Below are positions 55,183 to 64,000 of a DNA stretch of 64,000 bases, piece after piece; within the stretch, counting starts at the first letter, position 1; every line of letters begins with the position of its first letter. Position numbers and translations under genes: made by a program. The stretch is taken from the NCBI GenBank assembly GCA_964016885.1, contig OZ024743.1, positions 164,734,001 to 164,798,000 on the forward strand. Direction: 5' to 3'. The DNA comes from Eledone cirrhosa. Taxonomy: Eukaryota. The notes below the pieces were generated by a model. The model searched no databases, was not told the origin of the DNA, and saw nothing but the letters and a program-made list of their open reading frames with translations.

Positions 55183-56717
55183 TCACGGAGGTTTGAATCT
55201 TATGAATTTAGTGGCTATTCTATGTCTGCAGAAGGTAGATCTTTCTAACTTATTATTAAGTAGCCTTTTAACATTTCTAAGGATATACAATAGCTCAAGA
55301 TCACACAGCCCGCAATAGGACATCCCTGTACTATAGGTTTTAGCAGCCGACAACTTCGACCAGTTGATAGTATAGCTAGCGTTGCTGTCCTTCAATTCCC
55401 ATATTTTTCTGGCGAGGGTGGTGGAACCCATAAGAGCTCGGTTTTTCATTGAGTGCCTGTGCACATACCATCTTTTCTTAAAAGAACCCGCGGTGGATCC
55501 TATGTAATTCCAGGTGGAGTTACCCGAGATGACAGTGCACATGTACACCAGGCTCGAATCGAGACATCTGTTCGCCAATGGGCACCTATCTGGGAGGTGA
55601 CAGTTGCAGTTTGAGGCGCTATTTTGTGCAGCTTTTACATTCTTATTTAGTACCCTGTTATAAGTGGGTTGTGATATATGCCCAATGGGGTTTTGCTGCT
55701 GCGCGTTTGTATGCGCTTGTGGTTGTGATGTTGTGATGAGTTTGTGCTTATGTATAGGTGCAATTGATTTACTTGAGATATTTCTGTGGTTGATCTTGCG
55801 TATGTGTGATTCTATGTTAGCTGCTGTTGAGAAAGAGAGTTTTATAGTAGATCTATTGAGTATTTTGTGATATCTATGCGAGATAGGGAAGTGTTTATCT
55901 ATTAGTTTAAAGAATGTAGAGGGCAGTCTAGTTTTTATAGAGGAGTTGAATATTGGGTTGAACCATAGGTATTTTCTTTGTCTGTTTCTTCTATTGTTTC
56001 TAGGGTTTACGTTATTAGTGTTTTGGCCGTTTACTCTAGGTGTTACATGTCTAACCCTATGTCTAGTCAAGCTATTCCTATTATTATGTGAGCGGTTGGA
56101 GTAGAAATTACTAGGATTGTTTATGTTGTCCTTATTCACTATATACTGTAGTTTATCTTTATGACCGGCCTTACTTAATGCTGCATTATAATAGTCAGCA
56201 TGCTCGTTAAAGATTTCTAGGTTTGAGGATAGGCGGGATATTCGGAGGGATATACTACGTGCTATGGATTTAATTATGGATTTGGGGTGATTTGAGTTGT
56301 AACTAATGTAGGCAAGATTTTCATTATTTTTGTGGAAAGGTTCTATTAATCCAGTATTTAGATTTAGAGTTACATCTAGAAAATTTACCTTCTTATGGTT
56401 TAGTTCGTAGGTAATACTTAGGCCTAGTTTTTTGAAGAATATTCTAATATTTTTCCTTAGTCTTTCCATGCTCTGGTTGTTTAGGTTCCTAGCTATAAGT
56501 AACGTGTCGTCCCTATAAATTCCTCCTTGGAGGTTACTGAATTCCTTATGTAGGTTGTGTGCTATGAATAGCCCCACGATATCTGTAATTTGCGCAGAAT
56601 CATTTGATCCCATTGTAATATCGAAGCTATTTATTCTATCCTTTCTTACCCAGTAGTTATTTTCAAATTTTACGATAGTCCTTCTAGCCGCTATTATTAT
56701 TTCAATTTCATCATGGG

Positions 56718-56720
<3 letters not shown>
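55183..56720 (-). mobile_element. Penelope-like element (Naiad-like), 5'-truncated, uninterrupted RT plus GIY-YIG frame
   Basis: FDITMGSNDSAQITDIVGLF, IYRDD, VNFLDVTLNL, SNHP, WFNP, CNC..CPLANRCL, LVY..YIGST..FKKRW..H, CGLCDLE. The ORF track's N-terminal extension is (TA)n read-through. Confidence 0.92.
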
Positions 56721-56778
<58 letters not shown>

Positions 56779-56993
56779 TAAGTATGTATGTATGTATACG
56801 TACATACATATATCTTTACAGACGTACAGTAGTATGTATATACATACATGCACACATATATATATATGCACGTATCGGTTTACCGAACATTTATTATAAT
56901 GTTCGGTTGTTTGTAAACAAACCAACAGCCCGAATTACGCCGTACAGTGTTTAGGCAACCACGTCACCTTTTTGTTCAACACTGACACAGGAA

Positions 56994-57034
56994 CGATGTA
57001 CTAGTTTCAAGCTTATTAGCTATCGTCAGCATCG
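56994..57034 (-). ncRNA. Minimal type I hammerhead ribozyme
   Basis: Reverse complement reads cgatg-CTGACGA-t-agct-aata-agct-t-GAAA-ctag-TA-catcg, with a perfect 5-bp helix I. Confidence 0.85.
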
Positions 57035-57392
57035 TATACCTTCCTGCCAGATGGTTGAACGTCTGAAAGTATATACTTTCCTTATGCATATTAACGGCTG
57101 AGCAGCCTAATTTGCATATCGAGTGAGTTTAGTCGGCCGGGCGCACCGAAAACGATAAATGGAATAGAATGAAACGAAATTTCATTTCTCACAGTTCGTA
57201 CGGCAGTTACTTAAATGTATGTATACGTATATACATATATGTATACATATATGTATATATATATGTATATGTATATATTCCTCAGTATAATGTTCCTCAG
57301 TAAAAACTCAATAAACATCTGTCCAGAGCATCAATAATCTAATATATTTGTAAACGATATATGAGGATATATCATTTGAGAAACAAACTAGT

Positions 57393-57476
<84 letters not shown>

Positions 57477-57598
57477 GGAGGTGAGTAATATTGTATAACA
57501 ATAAAGCTATGAATATATCAGATACGTAGCACTCAAGAGTCGGTAGAACTGGAGTATATATAAAGAAGCAATTAAAAGATGGTTAAAAAAGTTCCATC

Positions 57599-57668
57599 TA
57601 TTTTATTATGTGCATTTCGAAAACAACATCATCCTGGGACAAAAATTGTGTTCTCATCAGATAAAATA
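57599..57668 (-). ncRNA. Type I hammerhead ribozyme in the inverted terminal repeat
   Basis: Reverse complement reads tattttat-CTGATGA-gaa..ttc-GAAA-tgcaca-TA-ataaaata. Confidence 0.75.
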
Positions 57669-59939
57669 AGGTAACATGATATGAGGCCTAAAAACACTTG
57701 TTAACAAGAAAGTGTCCAGTCTACATATGACAAAAATATAAGAGAAGAGAAAAAATAGGAAAAATGAAGAAAAAGAAGGAAGAAGGAAAAAGGAAAAAGA
57801 AATAGAAGAGAGGAAAAAGAAAGAAAGACGGAGGAGAGAGAAAGAGAGAGACTGATGAATTGAACATCATTCTCACCGCAAGGAAAACCATCCTGGAATT
57901 TAATAATGAATATTGGACAAGAGCGGATACTTCCAACAATTTTGACATCACCATGGGTTCGTCGGATTCAGCTCAATTGACAGACTTGGTTTGAATTTTC
58001 ATCTTGAACTCTTTAAATCGGAAAATTCCTCAACTTCGTGGTGGAATAAATCGTGATGATGCTCTTTTTACTGTCTTAAATTGTAACAAAGTAAACTTTA
58101 ATATTATTAAGAATAATATACTTGAACTATTTAAGCATCTTAATCTAAAAATAGAATTCGAGAATAATGATAAATTAGCAAATTTCCTGGATATATCCCT
58201 TAATCTAGATACCGGCCTATATTACCCATACCATAAGGATAATGAGAACCTAAATTATGTTAACTTTAAATCAAACCACCCTAATAGTGTTAAAACTGCT
58301 ATAGTCAGAAGTGTTGAAAAAAGAATTTCTAATTTATCCTCTAATAAACATATCTTCGATGCTAATGCCAACTACTATAATAATGCGTTATCCAGACAAA
58401 ATTAGATACACTAAGGAAACTAATCTTGGCAGAACTTATAGTAATGTAGCTAGTAATAATCATACCATTAACATAAAGAGAAGACCTAGATATAAAAATA
58501 TCCTTTGGTACAACGCTCCCTTCTCTCTTTCACTTATTAGTAATATCCCTAAATTATTTTTTAGGGCTTTAGATAACACCCCCCCCCCTTCACATATATA
58601 TAGCAAGATTTTTAATAAGCATACCATTAAATTCTAATATTCCACTACTTCCAACATTTCTAAAATTATCTCAAGACATAATTCTAAAATATTAAATAAT
58701 AACTCATATGCAGCCAACCATGAGAATCATAATAATAACACTCTAAGGCCCGACGTCAATGTAAACTCTAGGCAAAATAACATAAATATAAATATGACGT
58801 CAAACGTAACTTTGAGGAATGCTTCAAATAGTAATGTAAATCAGGAAACCTTAGCACCTCCTTTAGCTAATTCCACTACTCCAGTTCCTAATATAATTAA
58901 TCCTGGGCCACTTGCAAATAACTCTGTTAATAATCTTAATCGTAAATGCAACTGCCCTATTAGAACTAATTGTCCTCTTAGTAATTTCTGTCTCGATAAA
59001 AACCTAATATACGAATGTAAAGTGGTAACTAGTACCAATACATATACCTACATTGGCTCTACTTCTACTTCTTTTAAAGAAAGACTCTATAACCATTCTT
59101 CTACATTTAAATATCCACTTAAAAAGACCAGCACCGCACTCTCAGAACTTATTTTGTCCTTAAAAGACAAAAACATTAATTACGAAATTTCTTGGCGTAA
59201 AATTTGCAACGCTTTTCCTTACTCCAACGCTTCCATATCTAGGGTTTGTAATTTATGTCTAGCTGAAAAATTTACCATTATCTCGAGTTTCAACTCTTTA
59301 ATAAATAGACGTACGGACTTATTTGCTTTCTGTAATCATAACTCTTTTAAGACCTTTCACAAAGTTTACAGCTAATGTCCTATAACATATTCCATGTATA
59401 ACGGTTAATTTTTTTACACATATATCTTTTCACACATTTTTTTCTCACATATTTCATTATATTCTACAATGTATTAATTCTCTTTTCTCTGCATTTTTAA
59501 GCCTTTCACCTCTTTCCCTCTATTGCTTTAATTTCCGTTCAAACCTTCGTAGATTTTGTAAACAAACTATGACGTCATATGTCTTTCTACGTTTATAAAC
59601 CTTTCTTGCAATTTCCTTTATTTACTTGTTGATATAAAATAATAATAAAATACTATACCCCACATATATAAATTTTTAATAGTAATTTTTAATTTTGACA
59701 TAGATAGACTATTCTTATTTTTTTAATTCTATTCTATTTTATTTTATTTTATTAATACATTTTTACACTTCTTAATCCAATTTTTAGTATTCAAACTCAA
59801 TATAAAATAATATACTCAGTTTCTATATTCTAGACCTATAATATTTGTAATATTAGCACATACACCTCATCAATTTATTTATTTATTTTTTAGCCGTTAT
59901 TCACAGATGTTTTTCGTTTTTGACAGCGTTCCCGATCTA

Positions 59940-60001
<62 letters not shown>

Positions 60002-60173
60002 CGTCTTTCTTTCTTTCTTTTTCCTCTCTTCTATTTCTTTTTCCTTTTTCCTTCTTCCTTCCTTTTCTTCATTTTTCCTATTTTTTCTCTTTTATATTTT
60101 TATCATATGTAGACACTTTCTTGTAAACACTTTCTTGTTCACAAGTGTTTTTAGGCCTCATATCATGTTACCT

Positions 60174-60240
60174 TATTTTATCTGATGAGAACACAATATT
60201 TGTCCCAGGATGTTGTTTTCGAAATGCGCATAATAAAATA
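60174..60240 (+). ncRNA. Type I hammerhead ribozyme in the PLE 3' repeat
   Basis: tattttat-CTGATGA-gaa..ttc-GAAA-tgcgca-TA-ataaaata, with a palindromic helix III. Confidence 0.85.
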
Positions 60241-60286
60241 TATGGAACTTTTTAAACCATCTTTTAATTTCTTCTTTATATATATA

Positions 60287-60489
60287 TATGTAGATTTAAA
60301 TACAAATTTGAAGCCATATACATAGGAGTTAGAATGTTGGTGAATGTTGAACATACGATTTTTTCTGATCCTCAGAAACAGATCTGTCTATGGAAGTACG
60401 GCCATCTAAGTACAGCATAATCTTTATGTGAGTACGGCAATATTCTAACATCTATTTGTATAGCTTTAAATTTATGTTTAAATCTACAT

Positions 60490-60490
<1 letters not shown>
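60287..60490. repeat. Short element with imperfect terminal inverted repeats, set in (TA)n
   Basis: tatgtagatttaaatacaaattt... is mirrored by ...aaatttatgtttaaatctacata. Confidence 0.7.
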
Positions 60491-60529
<39 letters not shown>

Positions 60530-60530
<1 letters not shown>

Positions 60531-62060
60531 AACGATATCAACGACGCTGGTTTAAAAATCACTTCGGAACTTAATATCCGGGACCGGACGGAACATCTGG
60601 ACCCTATTTCTCCTCATTTTACTCTGAAGGATCATAAACCAAATTTCGATAACAACCCATCTATTCGGCTCATTAACCCCTCTAAATCCGATTTAGGTAG
60701 ATTTAGTAAAATAATTTTAGATAGGATTATACTTGAACCTAGATATATGACCCCTCTAGCCTTGTGGAATAATTCTTCCGCGGTGATTGATTGGTTCAAT
60801 AGCATATCTAACAATAAACACTGCCGTTTTATCCAATTCTACATCAATTGCTACTACTCTTCCATCACCCTACCACTCATTCTTAGAGCTAGTCATTTTG
60901 CCATAACGCTCGCGGAGATTAAGGATTTCGAAGTTGATGTCATCGTAAATGCTTGTAAGTCCCTGATTAATTTCGACAACTCTATTTGGCTTAAACAATC
61001 AAATAGCACCCCACAGACCTTATTGGTCTATCTTTACTCTTTCCCATCAATGATGAATTCCCTAACGTAGGCGGGGGTCTGTACCGCGATGATGGTCTCT
61101 TAACTATGACTAAATGCGGACCCTGCGCTATCGATAGGTTTATAAAGGAGCCTATTGCTTTCTTTAAAGGCTTCAACCTTTCCATTCAAGTTGAAGTCAA
61201 CCTATCTATCGAACGGCCTGTACTACCCGTATAGGAAGCCTAATGATATGTTAAATTATATTAGTAAGCATTCTAACCATCCGGTCAGCATGTGATCAAA
61301 ATTGCCTCATTGGGGCTTTCTCGTCTATCTTCACTGATCATTCCAAATATGTCAATGAAGCTTTAGCTCGGAGCAGATTTCTAGATAAGGTAGAATACAC
61401 TGAGTACGAGCAAAAACCTAGGAAAAATAGACCCATACCAATTATATGGTATAATCCGCCATATAATATGGAAGTGGCTATACCAATAGCTAAAACCTAT
61501 CTTATTTTAATTAGGAAGCATTTCCCCTTAGCCCATAAATATCACAAGATTTTTGATAGAAACACAGTTAAAAATATCCTATTCCACAACTTCCGACCTT
61601 GCACACAAGATCATTGCATCTAATTTAGCGAAATTACATAGCCGTAGCAATATAAACAATCCTGAAGTTAGTTTTAGCTGCAATTGTATTAATAGAGACT
61701 ACTGCCTATCAAGCAATATAGTTTACAAATGTAAGGTTGATACACCCACTACTAGTAAGATTTACATAGGGTTAACTGCCAATAGATTTAAGCAGCGTCT
61801 ATACATGCACTCTCATTAATTTCGTAACCCTTTAAGAAGGAATATGATTTCATTTTCAGCCTATATTTAGAGCTTAAAAGATAATCATATTGAATATAGT
61901 TTACACTGGGAGATCTTACTAAAAGCTAGATCCTACAATGGAAACAAAAGACCGTATGATCTTTGTGCCGCCGAAGCCCTGGAAATGCTTTACGCCAACA
62001 AAAAATCTTAGGCAATTCCGGCTAGTAAGCATAAACTGTATAAAACATTTTTGTATTACA
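60530..62060 (+). mobile_element. Penelope-like element (Naiad-like), degenerate
   Basis: TLKDHKPNFDNNPSIRLINPSKSDLGRFSKIILDRI, LYRDDGL, SNHP, WYNPP, CNC, IVYKC..YIGLTANRFKQRL. Confidence 0.88.
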
Positions 62061-62316
62061 GCCCAACATTATATCGTATCGGATAGTATGGACACTATGC
62101 TGGCGATATACGTCATGATGTGGTAAGAACAATCTAACTTTATACCCAAATTTTATTTATATATGTATGTGTATATGTATATATATATATGTGTGTGGGG
62201 GGTATGTATATATATATGTATGTGTGTGTGTATATATGTGTGTATGTATATATGTGTTTGTGTATGTATATATATATATATGTGTGTGCGTGTGCGTGTA
62301 TGTATATGTGTGTGTT

Positions 62317-62378
<62 letters not shown>

Positions 62379-63411
62379 CGTATATAGTAATAATAAAATT
62401 TGAAGATCCCGTTAAGGGTGAAAGCAGCGATTCTTTGCTTAAACTTTAATGTTATTTTAATAAATATATACGTATATATATATATATAAGTAGGTGTATA
62501 TATACATTTGTGCGCGCGCATGTAAACACGTGCATATACATGTGTACATGACACACGTACACGTGCATATGCGTATACATGTGTATAATTTTTATATACT
62601 ATATCTTCGTTTACGCATGTATCCACACCGGTCAGCGCATACTTATGTACGAGCCTAAATCATTATTACTTTTACTTTTACTATTATTTGTAGTGTCTTA
62701 TTTATTTCCTTGTGTTGCGTAGGTAATTGAATAAGGTAGAGTAAATTTCCAATTTTAATTTAGGCACAATAAACTATAGAACTGTTGAACAGTTGAACTG
62801 AAGCGAAGATGTAACAATAATAACAATATTGAATGTAATTCCGTGGCGACAGAAAGAAACCGTCAGAGCTGTTAGACTGTACTTCGAAACTGTTGGATAA
62901 AATTGTGTACCCCCGTTTATCCGATGCACAATATATAGTAAAAAAACACGAGCACTTCTGAAACATAGTCGTTAAATAATTAAACAATCACACAACACTT
63001 TTTAGATAACACTCAATACGATTTCAATACGCGACATTATTAATAGCTTCATTTTTTATGTTTAATCATTTTACTTTTATTAACACCATTTTCCATATAT
63101 GGTAGCAGGAAATCAGGCGTACTCGGACCCCGTACTGCCGAGCTCCTCCGAAAGATCGGAACGTTGGCAGCCCGTCCAAGGACGGAGCCTCGCGAGGTGG
63201 GGTGGCTGTTGCAGCAGGTATCTCTGGCCATTGTCCACGGAAATGCTTTTGCAGTCTAGATCGCAGGGCGCAGTCCCAGCCAGCCGCGCCCTAGGTCCAG
63301 AGCCCACCATTCTCTCCCTCCCATCTTCTGTGACACTAGATCGCTGCTTTTCTCTTCCTTTTCCGTTTGTAAATATTAATGAATTTATTTTTACGGTAAA
63401 AAAAGAAAAAT

Positions 63412-63790
63412 TAATAATTGTTTCTACTTTAGGCACAAGGCCAGCAATTACCCAGTGCATTACTGGTACTTTATTTTATCGACCCCGTAAGGATGAAAGA
63501 CAAAGTTAACCTCGGCGGGATTTTAACTCAGAATGGCAAGGGCCATAACTCTATGCTGCAAAGCATAGCGTCCGACCCTCTACCGATATTGCCAATCCAG
63601 AAAAAATAATAATTGTTTCTACTTTTGGCACAAGGCCAGCAATTATCCCAGTGTATTACTGGTACTTTATTTTATCGACCCCGTAAGGATGAAAGGCAAA
63701 GTTAACCTCGGCGGGATTTGAACTCAGTCCGTAAAGGGACGTAACTGTGCTGCAAAGCATGGCACCCGACCCTCTACCGATACTGCCAAA
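63412..63790 (-). mobile_element. Two tandem tRNA-derived SINE copies
   Basis: A unit of about 190 bp is repeated and is the reverse complement of the copy at 63855. Confidence 0.85.
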
Positions 63791-63854
63791 CAATATTGAC
63801 GTAATCTACGAGAATAATGCATAAGATTTCAAACATATTATTTCACTAAAATGT

Positions 63855-64000
63855 GGTGGATTGGCAGTATCGGTAGAGAGTCGGACACCATGCTTTGAAG
63901 CATAGAGTTACGTCCCTTTATGATCTGAGTTCAAATCTCGCCGAGGTTAACTTTGCCTTTCATCCTTACGGGGTCGATAAAATAAAGTACCAGTAATGTA
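63855..64000 (+). mobile_element. tRNA-derived SINE (Deu/Nin-like core), runs off the window
   Basis: A-box-like tggcagtatcggta, B-box gagttcaaatc, and core gcctttcatccttacggggtcgataaaataaagtacc. Confidence 0.8.

Larger units (their letters stand above)
57555..60284 (+). mobile_element. Penelope-like element (Naiad-like) with an inverted 5' copy of its 3' terminal repeat
   Basis: RT and GIY-YIG remnants span 57851-59375 (FDITMGSSDSA, INRDD, NFLDISLNL, SNHP, CNC..CPL, YIGST). 57555-57852 is the reverse complement of 59941-60284. Confidence 0.9.

Noticed and set aside
56721-56925. N-terminal 68 aa of the 580-aa ORF
   Set aside because: Read-through across (TA)n into an unrelated repeat. PLE homology begins near 56720.

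Overview
Eukaryotic, repeat-only window with no recognisable host gene. The SINE type, the dense (TA)n/(CA)n/(ATT)n tracts and the element families suggest a cephalopod such as Octopus (inference only). The left domain (about 1.9-38.7 kb) is a chain of non-LTR retrotransposons joined mostly by short (ATT)n tracts: six L1/Tx1-type copies, all on +, and four R4/Dong-type copies, all on -. One Tx1 copy (11070-17090) has intact ORF1 and ORF2. The right domain (about 40-62.5 kb) is a nest of Penelope-like elements (PLEs, mostly with Naiad-like RT and GIY-YIG motifs) and non-coding relatives embedded in (TA)n. It contains many type I hammerhead ribozyme (HHR) motifs. Top observations: (1) a 4.2-kb palindromic array of near-identical 555-bp non-coding units, each with a hammerhead (retrozyme-like), next to an unrelated 556-557-bp array; (2) a candidate 52-53-nt intron that would fuse Tx1 ORF1 and ORF2 in frame; (3) two unrelated retrotransposon clades using the same (ATT/TAA)n microsatellite on opposite strands. 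All folds and alignments were done by eye, and boundaries are approximate to a few bases.
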